DNA from: Octopus sinensis
Taxonomy: Eukaryota
Assembly: GCF_006345805.1 (NCBI RefSeq)
Contig: NC_042998.1
Span: forward strand, 101,494,001-101,558,000
Direction of reading: 5' to 3'
Length of the DNA stretch: 64,000 nt
Numbering within the stretch: the stretch's first letter is position 1; the number at the start of each line of letters is the position of its first letter. The position numbers and the translations under genes are program-made. Below, one piece after another: positions 51,718-64,000 of this stretch. The notes beneath the pieces are model-generated. The model saw only the letters and a list, made by a program, of their open reading frames with translations, did no database searches and was not told the origin of the DNA.

Positions 51718-54544
51718 TTTTATAAAATTATATATATATATGTGTGTGTATAATTATATATATATATCCAACACGCACACCTGCACACACATATATACAT
51801 ACATATGTAAATACGCACACATACACACATACACACATGCATATATGTATATATGTATATATATATATATATATGTATATACGCGCACATTATACACTTA
51901 CACAAACACACACACACACAGACGCACGCATACACACAAGCATACATACACATATATATCAAGTAAAATTTACTGATCAAGTTTAAGATTTTGGGTATGT
52001 ATGTTATAAACATATGACACATTCATGGGTTCGCGTCGTGGCTGCGTTGGTACATTGTGGTCTTGAGCAAGACACCTCCTTTTACGTTGTTGCGGTCTAT
52101 TCGGATGAAAATGTCCCAGACCGTTGCTGGTGCTATCGTCTTCCTCTGCAACTGAATTACCCATGGGAAAATGAAATATGTAATTATGTTTGTTTCCGAG
52201 TATATTGTCATGTAAAAAAAATTAGTGAAAGTGTGAAATGAGCTACAAGTCATACTCGTTTGCTGGTCAATGGTAAGCATGTTATAAATTTATATTTATA
52301 TTTATAATACATACATAACAAAAGAGAGAAAGAGGAAATGAAATTCATGAGATATTGTATTGAACAGAACGACTGTTTCGACCCAGCTTACATTGGTCTC
52401 TTGCTAGTTAAATCCTGGATAACTGGTTGTGGTGCATCCGTCGGTGCAGATGTGTCTCGTTAGATGACCTTTCACATCTGCGAATAAAAGGAAGCATCCC
52501 AACCCATTGTCCAGCATCTCATCTGTGACATACCGATGCAAGATAGGTCAAAACGATCGTCGTAAGCAATAAAGTATCTCGTGAATTTTATATTCTCTTT
52601 CTCTCTTTTGTTATATACTCGATGAATACGGAAGACTTCCTGAAGTAAATCCAGTGGCATTTATATCTATGCGGTTGATGACAGCAAGTAGCCGGAGACA
52701 GTGAAAGTGCTTTGATCGAGATATTAAGAGGTGTTAATATCACAAGTTTAAAATAGTTACTATAATGTATGTATGTATGTAATATACATGGATATAAGCA
52801 TGTGTCCATATATATGTACATGCATATATGTTAGTGAGTTCGTGTCTGCATTTATATGTATGTGCATGTGTGTGTGCGTGTGTGCGTGCGTGCATGTGCA
52901 TGTATTTCATGAGATAGAGCCAAATATTTATTTTATTAAACTACGTCTGTGGGAAATCTAAGCTGGTACCGGTGAGACTGCCAATTACGTTCTTTTAAAA
53001 TATTGGCCATAATCTGACCATAATTAATTGAAACTTTTCAGACACATAGCATTAAATATCAGTATTTATTTGCAGTATGAATCCTCACTGATAAGCAAAT
53101 CGATCTTGTGTTAACATATTCTATCATAAAACGAAAGAATATATACCGTTAGTATGATTAATTACTTAAATGTGATGAAATTGTTAAAACCGTGAACCAG
53201 AACGTATTGTTATATCATGCACCACTCGTCTGCATATCTATACTGATTGATTTCTTATCCGTAGACATATTATGACTTCATATTTTTCTATGGTGGTGGA
53301 GTTCGATTTGTTGATTACATGGACTTCAATATTCTAATTGTTGTGTATTGAAACCTGTATCATAGGTGACAAACCTCTAGTGAACCATGTCCGTGATTCT
53401 AGATTTGGTTCTGTGAGTGAGAGAATATTGCTTATATCATTAATGTCCCACCATTTGATTATAAGTTTTTTTTCCATGAACAAAATGTGAATATTTTTGC
53501 AGTCATATCGGAAGAACTTTTGACAAAATGAAACCTTAGAGCGTTGAACTATCGGGCAATATGCAATAGAACAAATACTCACATGCTTAAATATTACCCA
53601 TTCCATATTTTATGATTTATCCTATGTAAAGCGATGACTGATTTAAGTGGAGGTCGTATTCGTGTCAATCAGTAGACGATATTATTGGGACTTATTTTAT
53701 TTATCATAAATTGGTGCAGGGACGGGTGTGTGTTTATTATGTTCAGCAAACCCGTGATTTCCAATGCAAACCATTGTGAGGTTTCTAGTGAGGTCTTGTT
53801 TATACATAAGACCCCATTGAGTTATGAATGACCATGGGATTGCGCCTAGAAAGTTCCCCTCCAAGGCACAAGTGCGGGCCGCGAAATGTTTTCCCGTAAG
53901 AGTTCCGGACCCCAGTTATAAATCATTTGCATACAGGCAATCAGAGCTCAACTATCAAACTAATTTATGAGCGCATAACAAGTAATATGTGATAAGATAA
54001 GGTCACTTCGATAAAGAATGACCATCCTTCTTTTCTCTTTTAATAGTGCTTGCTGTTTATGTTCTTGTTTCAACCATGGCTGCCACTGCATAATTATTTG
54101 TGTTGTGGTTTACTTTGTAAAAGAGTAAGGGGAGAACGTTGCTCGCACATTACCCTCTACCCACACTTTTCCCATCCACATCTTTACGATATGAGGCCCT
54201 AACAAAATACGATTATAGGTATAGATACAAATCTATCTAATTACTTATCTCCTTCTAAAATCAGGCATGACTTGGCGATCGGTCGACTTACAACACTGTT
54301 CTTCGTCGGATTTACTTGGTAGATTATGTTTTACCAATAGAGAGGTTGTTTTTAACACATTCACAAGTGTTGTGTTGAGCTTTGTGTCTAGGAATAATCT
54401 GAGAGCTAAACGGATCTGATCCTTCGTTATCTGCATGGCTACCTCTGCATAATTGCTTGTGTACAACAAGATCAATGTGAGCTCTTATTGGCTGTATGCA
54501 AATGCATTTATTACTGGGGACCGAAACTCTCGTGGGAAAAAGAA

Positions 54545-54768
54545 ATTTCGCGTTTGGGTTTCCCTTCTCCACGCTACCAATGTTAACCAAGGAAAGACCG
54601 TTACAGCTTGGTACTAGTGACGTCGCAACTCATTACTACAGCTGAGTGAACTCGAGCAGCGTTAAATAAAGTGTCTTGTTCAAGAGCACGACAAACAGCC
54701 CGGTCCGGGAACCGAACTCACTACCCGATGATTGTGAGCCCGACGCTCTAACCACTGAGCCATGCGCC
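54545..54768 (-). mobile_element. CORE-type SINE, family B (tail type shared with 59380)
   Basis: Minus-strand head GGCGCATGGCTCAGTGGTTAGAGCG..GAGTTCGGTTCC; core CTTGAACAAGACACTTTATTT; ATGAGTTGCGACGTCAC. Confidence 0.8.
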
Positions 54769-55980
54769 TAGACTAACAGTGCAGTAGTTTCTGGATCGTA
54801 TAGATACGTGTCTCGCAGAATAATCTCGTTGGGCTGATACGCATTAAGCTGAATGTGGTTGACAGAAGCAGTAGAAAGACGTGCGTGCGTGTGTGTGCCC
54901 GTGCACATGTGTGTATTTATGTGTGCGTGTATTCGTTTGCGCGTCTTTGCGTGCGTGTGTGAATATATGGATATGTATGTTTTTATATATATATATAAAT
55001 ATGCACACCATGCACGTATAGATTTATGTATGTACGTATGTATCTTTTCATATTTAAGTCGCTTTGCTGGGTTACTATACATAAGACGCGCGCGCTCCTG
55101 TCCATGTGCCTGTATATTCTGATGCTGGTCACCGAAAAATGTCACTAGCGAAAAAATGAGTAAAGCAACAGAAAGAGTAATGTTTGAACGAAGCCCATTT
55201 TGATATTTGCTCTTCCCTTGACAAACACTCGCTTGTCATTCTCGATGTCCGGAGATGCAGTGTTGAGTTGGTTCTACGACACATTTCGTTGATTACAGAT
55301 TATTAATCTACGAAGTTAAAAATCTGTAATTATTAATTACAGATCAAATATTAATTAATCTGTATTGAATAATAAGTACAGATAGCGATTAGTGACCGAA
55401 ACAGTCATAGGAGATTTTAAACTCACATTTTCCAGAGGCTATTAACAACAAATGAGAAACCAAATACGACATAGTGTATCTCGGCTCTGATATACAGTTT
55501 CTGCCTCCAAAAACCGTTGTCACTTTCAAATAACAATTTTTAAAAATAACCTAAGAATTTTAGCATAATTCTTGATATCTGCATCGTCAAGATTTCTCAA
55601 AATTCTCTTGAATTTTCATAATTGCTCCGGAATTTTTCGTTAATTCTTCATCATTTATTTATAAGTCACTAGAATATAGAAAACCAGAATCGAAACGAAT
55701 GAAGGCGAATACAATAAAAAAATTAGTGCATCAGTCAACTAATATAACGTATTATTAATGCTCGTTAAGCTATATAGAAATTGAATAATGTTGTGAAAAA
55801 GAGAGAAGAAAAATATTTACTTTTAATCGATATTGTCGATCGACCATGTTGTAAATGAAACGGTAATGTTAAGAGATTCAATAAATATTCAGTGCATCCT
55901 ATTATGTGTTTCCTATCTACCTGACTATCATTATCTATGCATTTATTTATTTGTTTGAGCGTTGTAGCTCATACTATCTG

Positions 55981-56072
<92 letters not shown>

Positions 56073-56316
56073 AGTCTCTCTCTCTCTCTTTCTCTCTCTC
56101 TCTACACACACACACTCATGCAGATTGACCTACATAGTTTATACTTATATAATATCTACATCAATCTATGCATTCAGTTATTTATAGTTTTAGAGAAAAC
56201 CTCTTGTACACACTACTTAACTTGAGGATGTTTCACAGCAGAAATATATAAATATGCAAGAAAAGAATACTAGCGGAAATAAACGGTATGAAAATATATC
56301 CTTAATTACCAATAAC

Positions 56317-56576
56317 ATTGGGCTGGTGCATACTTATTGCGGTTTTTCATTTTGTTTTCAACAAATTTTATTCAACAAAACCGATAACAACGTTTATCAA
56401 AACATCTTTAAATGACGGTCTCACCGTCTTCCAAGCAAATGTGGAGCAGTAATTGAAGTAGATGGTGAATATGCTCCGGAATAATCATTTAAATATGTTT
56501 TTGTTACATTTTGTTATAGTTTTTGTTGAATGAAATTTGTTGAAAAAAACCCGGAATAATTATGCACCAACCCAAT
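56317..56576. mobile_element. Mariner-derived MITE with long TIRs
   Basis: ATTGGGCTGGTGCATACTTATTGCGG / CCGGAATAATTATGCACCAACCCAAT; complementarity extends about 70 bp. Confidence 0.85.
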
Positions 56577-56613
56577 ATAATGATTATATACATACATACA
56601 TAGATGCATATAC

Positions 56614-56661
<48 letters not shown>

Positions 56662-57699
56662 CTATCATATATATTTGTATATGTACAAATACACATACAC
56701 ACGCATACATATATGTATGCTAATATACAACAGACACACACACACTCATAGATGTATATGCACGCATATGTTTTATACATATTCCTTTATTCTTTCAGTG
56801 GTTTCAGTCGTAGGAATACAGCCATGCTGGAGCACATCTTTAATATGTTTTCTTTCAGTTTTGTTGTTGCTTTCTACCTGAAAGTTGGTATATGATTGAG
56901 TTTGTCGCAGCTGATCTTTCCAGAGTGCATCCTTGAATGGTTCGTTGATCCGGAGTCATCGTTAGGGTTTTATCCAATATTCTTTTAGTGTTTCAATAGA
57001 GGCTCCTTATATATTTCTGGTTTCTGCACGTAGGCAGTTGAACAACTGAATGCCTCTAAGTATCAGAGTGGTACAATAGAGGGGTTTTGCTCGCGATTTG
57101 GAACATGCACCTCCTGAATTTCTGATACGTATATAATAGTACACCTATCTCCTCAGCTTTTAAAAGAGTAGACACGCAGAACTTTCGGACGTTCTCAGTA
57201 ATGAAAGCTTGTAACCAAATTTATTTTTTCTAGTGTACATTCTTTGTAACGCTTCAACTTTTTCTCTAAAACCGGACGAGTTTGTAGACCAAAGCTCTGA
57301 GGAGTAATCTAATCTGATCATAACTAAGGTTTTTCATAGTGTCAGCATAATAACCGATTCTCTTTTCACGAATGTTCTTAAGAATCTATCTTAAGAGGTG
57401 TCTGCATATAGAGGTTAGTCTCGTGACGTGGCTGATGAAAGTACCTTATGCCAATAGCGCTCTATGTCATTGTGTTATCTGGTGTCAAATATTGTTATTC
57501 GTGTGTATTCCCACTAATACATTACCTGAAAATTTGATGTGATAAATTTCATATTGTTTTATATTTCCATTGATAAATAAGGTTTAACCCGTTTTAGATT
57601 AAGGCACCATCTTCGGGAATTTAGATAGCGATCGATATTTTTGTTTTATCCGGGTAATTCGTCAGGTTGGCCGAGTATATTTAGAAATTATAACTGATT

Positions 57700-57915
57700 G
57701 AGCGATGATTAATAATAATGGCCCTAGGAACCGTACCCTGAAGTTTATCACTTATTACAAGTAACTTTGCGGCAGCAAATTGATTCCTATACCGTTTCCT
57801 ATACCGATTCCTATAGCCATTCTCCGAATTTTTTGTGACATTAAGATCCCCCAGCCTATGACTCATGTTTCCATGTTTGTCAACTGCTTTAGCTAAATCA
57901 AGGTATATGCCTGTT
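57700..57915 (-). mobile_element. Highly decayed CR1-like RT fragment
   Basis: IYLDLAKAVDK and LQGTV remnants in ORF 57681..58193. Confidence 0.5.
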
Positions 57916-58119
57916 ATTAGCGATATCAGTAGTGAGAAATCATTGTTATTCCATGTATTGTTGGCAGTAAGATTTAACTTGTATGCAGCAAACGGATGCC
58001 AGCTACTGATATAAAGATATAAAGATAGCCATTGTGGGCGATGACAATCATTACTCTCCCAGTCGAACTCCTGCATATCACAGGCCTTTAATGAGGAATT
58101 GACAGCATATGTAGAACCA

Positions 58120-58195
<76 letters not shown>

Positions 58196-58639
58196 TCTTA
58201 TATATATATATTATATATATATATATACATACACATACATAACATTTTTTTTCTTCTCTAGTTTCAGCTCAGAGCTGCGGCCATGCTGATGTACCGATAT
58301 ATATATATATATATATATATACTTCTAATATAGGATAAATTGTTTTTCCAAAACAAGACTCCATTAAAAGTGGCCAGCATATTAAAATACCTTTAAAGGT
58401 GAAAATTATAAACAATTATAAACAAGGGCAAAAGAAAAAGATTTCTATGCCACTATACTGAGAATAGACTTTAAATCGTCAATAACCACATTACAATATA
58501 CATTCACTGTGAATACACGTCGTGCTGAAATCGAGGAAGGCAAGCTAACAATTTTCTTTTGATATTCGTCATCTCTATATTGAATGAATTTCAGGATTAA
58601 TCCAACGGATTTTTCCCTCCTCAGAAGAGAATACGATTC

Positions 58640-59160
58640 TCTAAAGGAGCTTTACATGACATTTGTAAAGGGTCTAGGTCTCACATGAGTAAGGGAGCGA
58701 TATCAATACACATCAATTTTTGTTTACTTTGTGATGCCATGCTGGGACCAGACACGAAACTCAAGGGCCCGGAAGGAATCAGTTGCTCTCTGCAGTCTGA
58801 AATATAGTTTATCATTCAGGGAGCAAGAACGGTTGAGCAATGGGAGAGCAATGGTTGTCATCGTCACAGATTGATGAAGTAGGTTAAAGAGGGGGTCAAC
58901 ATCTTTGAAAGAACACGTATTCTTCATGAAGAATTTAAGCGTGCTGCTCGAAAGCGCACTGCTAGCGTAGTGAATAGGGAAAGCTTGGTTTGCAGTGTCT
59001 GGATTCGTATATGCTTGTCAAGAGCAGGGCTCATTAGCCACCAACGGAGCCGCAAATGCAAAATATAAATTAGTCCTGGAGCGCACAAAGTACCTAAAGT
59101 TCAGCAAAGGTTCTCCTCGGTCACGAGTGGGTGGGCATGATGATGATGATGATGATGATC
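58640..59160. mobile_element. RTE LINE remnant: inverted RT C-terminal piece plus forward 3' end with (ATG)n tail
   Basis: Minus strand LNRSCSLNDKLYFRLQRATDSFRALEFRVWSQHGI; plus strand CSVWIRICLSRAGLISHQRSRKCKI* followed by (ATG)n at 59137. Confidence 0.7.
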
Positions 59161-59379
59161 ATCATCATCATCATTATCACCATCAGCATCTTACATATAT
59201 ATATATACAAAATAAGAAAATGGAGAAACACATCTTAATCAATGATCAACTACCAGGTAATACCCAATCACATAATTTATTAAACCACTACATGTATGTA
59301 TGTGTGTGTGTGTACTTCAGAACATATCGTATTTTCGTAGAGAGACAAAATTAGACACATTATATGCTTGCTGCTGCTG

Positions 59380-59706
59380 AGACCCCCTTTGGTCATGACT
59401 GACAATGGGATTGCACCTAGAAAGTTACTCTCCCAGGCTGAAGTCCGGGCAAGGTTGTTTATGGAAGACCAGCAGTCACCCAGGCATGCCAGCCTCCCCT
59501 CTCTACGCCACCAGTGTTATCCAAGGGAAAGGCAAAGGCCGATACAGCTTGACACTGTGACGTCGCAACTCATTTCTACAGCTGAGTGAACTGAAGCAAC
59601 ATGAAATAAAGTGTCTTGCTCAATAACACAGCACTCAGCCCGGTCGGGGATTTGAACCGATAACCTCACAATCGTAAGCTTTAACCACTGAGCCACGCGA
59701 CTTCAC
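59380..59706 (-). mobile_element. CORE-type SINE, family B with long 3' tail
   Basis: Head and core as 54545; its tail also appears alone at about 53810-53880. Confidence 0.8.
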
Positions 59707-60944
59707 ACTATATGCTTATTGCATGTATATTACCTACTTTGATTATTCGTACAAAATATGTTCTGTTTTCCTGTTTTTTCTTTATTCGTAATGTCTCCTT
59801 CAATATATCACTCACAATATATATATGGTCGTTTATTCCCAAAATGTTAAACCATGAGCATTCTCAGAATCAGCCCTGATACATTTTACCTTTTTCTCCT
59901 TTAAGTTTATTCCAGTCTTTCTGATTTTGGCTATGTTGGAATATTTCCAAGTTATCTTTATCTTTGTTAAAGAACGTAACGTATACAAACATCCTCCATA
60001 AAAACACAGACTTGCAATGAAAAATCAATGTGTAGAAACTAGATTTCAATAACATAATATGTTCTCAAAGACGTAAAACGTCAAAGAAAATTTATAACAA
60101 ACTAGTAAAATATAATGACGAAGTCTATAAATTCTTCAGCCACATATGATTGACAGTTAGAACACTTTCGAAACAATGGACTATTCAAATATTGAAGCAG
60201 CAATTTTAACAACAGACTTGAATAATGAGTACAAAACTCTCAAAACACTGACATTTTGGGAACGTTAGTTGTGTGGCTTTCAATAAGATAATATAATACA
60301 TTTAAGGTAAAAATATAAAACTTGAACATGTGAAAACTTTGTAAAAAATATTTAAAAATAAATTGTCATATTTCTAAAAAGAAAAAAAAATCATTATATG
60401 ACACATACGTAAGCATATATGATGTGAACACTCGCATGTAATACGCGCACACATACTACTCAGACACCCGCACACACACACGGACACATGTGTATGCTTC
60501 TATGTGCATATGAATACGGAATCAAAACATGGTTGAATTTTACACTATTATTTACACATTATTTATCGACAAATGTCTGCGCAAATATTTTACAATTTCT
60601 CCCCGATAAAACAGTTGAAAAAAGTCGATAGATTCATTCAGAATCTCTTGCACTGCAAGCTACGTTGTTGCATTGATTCGTTTACCATTTAATATTTTGA
60701 ACATGCTAATGTAAAAGAAGCAAGTTGAAGTCAGAGTATTATTTGGTGGTAGGGTGGATTACTTTCTTCATCTTCTTCGCAAACAAATTTTTGTTTTGAT
60801 TATTTTCTGTTTATTTTTTTTTTCTTCCTCTTCAAAATCTGCTCTCTACACATTTGCCCACACTCACACATCACTGAATACATTACTGATTTCGGAACGA
60901 GTAATCTTCAATTCAAATGCAAAGTCATTACTGGTTTTCTGGCA

Positions 60945-61195
60945 TTGATCATCATCATCATCATCATCATCTTCAGAAATACCGGTACCACCCCCACGGC
61001 CGCCACGGACGCCAAAACCACCACCATAACCGTCACAACAATTATCGCCAGAATCGCTGCTCCTGCTGCCCTCCACCCCGACAACTCCACTGCCATCTCC
61101 ACCTCCATCGTAAACACCAATAACACCAATAACACCACCACCATCACCATATCACCATGAGCATCACAACCACCACCACCACCACGACCTCCACA
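60945..61195. repeat. Degenerate (CAT/CAC)n low-complexity tract
   Basis: Direct reading. Confidence 0.8.
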
Positions 61196-61495
61196 AATAC
61201 CTGATCATGAATATCCCCACTTCTTTGTATCATTATCCAAAAACACACTATCTCCTAAATCAACATAATTATGAATGTGTCAACAAGAGAACTAATTAGT
61301 TTCCTAAACTGCTAGAATTGTAGCCAAATCGACCTCAAATCCCATTCTACAGTTTTTAGCTGAGAACAACACATTGAACAATTAAGACCCTGGAATACAG
61401 TATGTGGAAAAGTCACTGAAAGATTGCCTTTCACTCATCAGGAATTGACTGATGCCTATATATTCTCCTCCTCCACATCATCATCATTTCGTCCT

Positions 61496-61610
61496 TTTCT
61501 TCTTCTTCTGCTTCTTCTTCTTCTTCTTCTTCTTCTTCTTCTTCTTCTTCTTCTTCTTCTTCTTCTTCTTCTTCTTCTTCTTCTTCTTCTTCTTCTTCTT
61601 CTTCTTCTTC
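61496..61610. repeat. (TTC)n microsatellite
   Basis: Direct reading. Confidence 0.97.
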
Positions 61611-62326
61611 ATTTTCAAGAACAAAAACTGCTGGAACCTATACTTTTTAGCTTCGTTAATGCTAGGTCTATGCAACAGCATCAAATAATACACACCTTTC
61701 AAATAACAATACAGCAACGTAAGAATGGCTGGTCAAGTGCCTATTTAAAAAAAATAAAATAAAACCCTCCAAAAGTAATGAATAATACATCTCATAAATT
61801 ATCATCAAACGAACAGCAGAACCGCTTTGTAGTCGCCTAGTTTGTGAAAAATAACATCGAACTCTCTCTCACATCATATACTACCATCTTCAGCAAGTGG
61901 ACGGCGCGGATAATGCAGTCTTAGTTAACTGGAACTAAATAGTTTAGCCACATCTGTAATGCATTTGGTTACAAGCTTGCTCAGTGAGCAACAACAACAA
62001 GAACAAGAACAACAAGGGCAACAAGAAAGAACTCGCTGAATATTGTCACCAACTATACACTACAATTGAACAGTGAAATGACAGTCTAGCACGGGATAGC
62101 TTTGATTTCAGATCTACTCGAACAAGACTGTCTTCAGCTTTTACAACACATATCTACATCACAAATTTACTGTTCTAATTCAAACCAAGCCAAAGTCAAC
62201 AAACCTTGAGTGGCAATAAAAATAATATACGACAAGTTACGTTGGACGTATTTTTGCATTTATATATCTGTGTCTATCTAGTCACTATAAATCATTATTA
62301 TTACAATGGTAATAATGTTATTACTG

Positions 62327-62975
62327 AAGGCGGCGAGCTGGCAGAAACGTTAGCGCGCCGGGCAAAATGCTTAGCAGTATTTCGTCTGCCGTTACGTTCT
62401 GAGTTCAAATTCCGCCGAGGTCGACTTTGCCTTTCATCCTTTAGGGGGTCGATTAAATAAGTACCAGTTACGCACTGGGGTCGATATAATCCACTTAATC
62501 CGTTTGTCTGTCCTTGTTTGTCCCCTCTGTGTGCAGCCCCATATGGGCAGTAAAAAAATAAGAAACATTAGTACTCTGAGCAAAATGCTTAGCGGTATTT
62601 CGTCTGCCGTTACGTTCTGAGTTAAAATTCCGCTGAGATCACCTTTGGCTTTCATTCATTCGGGGTCGATAAATTAGGTACCAGTTGCGTACTGGGGTCG
62701 ATTTAATCGACTGGCCTCTCCCCCAAAACTGAGGGTCTTGTGCTTAAAGTAGAAAACATAAGGCGGTGAGCTGGCAGAAACTTTAGCACGCCGGGCGAAC
62801 TGCTTAGCGGTATTTCGTCTGTGTTTACGTTCTGATTTCCAATTCCCCTGAGGTCGACTGTGCCTTTCATCCTTTGGGGGTCGATAAATTAGGTGCCAGT
62901 TGCGTACTCGGGTCGATCTAATAGACTGGCCCCACTCCCTCCAAAATTTCGGGCCTTGTACCAAGAGTAGAAAGG
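62327..62975 (+). mobile_element. SINE family A trimer with single TSD
   Basis: Three core units; perfect 16-bp duplication AATAATGTTATTACTG at 62311-62326 and 62976-62991. Confidence 0.92.
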
Positions 62976-63494
62976 AATAATGTTATTACTGTAATATGTT
63001 TTAGTAAGCAAATATAACAACTCTTTATACTTTAGTGTTGATACTTTTCTATTTAATCTATGCGAATGATATTTATACATTTGTTTGTATAAAATGTGAA
63101 TTTACACTCTCCGCCCAGCCAACATTTTCAAACTCGTTATCTTAAATTATAGGTAGTGTTACTTATTTCCGTTGGTGAGTGATATCTTACCACTCTTTTT
63201 AAAATTGTATTTGCAAATAACATAAGCATCGTTTACTTTAGGTTTACGTCAGTGTGAATACGTATGATCTCCAATACCACCAATTTATCAGTGGGCAATA
63301 TTTGTATAAATATTCTCTCCAGAACGTTTTGGATGAATTAAACCAGATGATTTCCATTACTATTTCTATTTAAGATCTTCCATTATCACACCAATTGTAA
63401 AAATTCCTTTTTAGTCTCGATGGATTGTTAATTTAAAGTGTTTATTATTTGGCCAATATATATTCTCTTCTGGCTAATATATTATCAAAAAAAA

Positions 63495-63710
63495 GTGGAG
63501 AAATTATGAAGAAAAAAATACGATTTCGAAACTGAAGTATTCAGGATGCGGATCATTAAGGTGAAAACAATAGCAGTAATAACTGGAGCATTGGATATGG
63601 TAAAAAAAAAACGTACGAGTAAAAAACATAAAAGTTATATCTGAAAATACAACACAACACATTATCCCCAAAATAATCCTGCTAGAAACATCCACCGTCC
63701 TACACAATTC
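63495..63710 (+). mobile_element. Degenerate R4/Dong-like RLE C-terminus
   Basis: Reads KY..ETEVFRMRIIKVKTIAVITGALDMVKK...IIPKIILLETSTVL across frameshifts, resembling the KY-DL-E...IPVVIGALG...QK-VLLGT motif. Confidence 0.55.
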
Positions 63711-64000
63711 GTTAGTGCCACCCAAAATTACTTTGGCAACATATTGTAAGTTTGTCATAATTTTTCTCGAACTATATTTTTTACATATTTCGCGCATGTT
63801 GATGCATGAAAAGAATACCTCGAAGTACTTAACGTTAAGAAGATTGTGCGTACATAATGCAGTGTGAGAATTGGTGTGTCAATGGAGCGGAAGCAATACG
63901 TTTTGCAGGTGAGTAACTATGAATAGAAATTGAAAGTTAAGTGGAGTTGCTAACATAAAATACGTTGTTTTAAAATCTGTGTTGAAATAGTATAAAACTT

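Noticed and set aside
52365-52412. Minus-strand GACC...GGTC GAAAC AGTC
   Set aside because: The CUGANGA strand is unrecognisable; too decayed to call.
60864-61762. His/Thr/Gly-rich and poly-L/F/K ORFs
   Set aside because: Products of (CAC/CAT)n and (TTC)n tracts, open in several frames on both strands.

Overview
AT-rich, microsatellite-saturated metazoan DNA. The repeat content suggests a cephalopod, probably Octopus (inference). I found no host protein-coding exon, rRNA, true tRNA gene or CRISPR array; most listed ORFs are translations of simple repeats. The window is a mosaic of transposon pieces: CR1, RTE, R4/Dong-like and Tx1/L1-like LINEs, Penelope-like elements (one 5'-truncated copy with RT + GIY-YIG), Tc1/mariner remnants, hAT, mariner and Merlin-like MITEs, and at least three tRNA-derived SINE families. 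The main signals are: (1) several minimal type-I hammerhead ribozyme (HHR) motifs with palindromic stem III, including one about 150 nt downstream of a tRNA-like Pol III head (9299-9630) and one with a compensatory U3-A8 core at the 3' end of the Penelope copy (47241-47281); (2) two independently truncated Tx1-like LINEs inserted in the same (TATC)n tract; (3) R4-like ends tied to (CATA)n; (4) multimeric SINEs bounded by a single target-site duplication (TSD). All family names come from motif recognition by eye, not from database searches.
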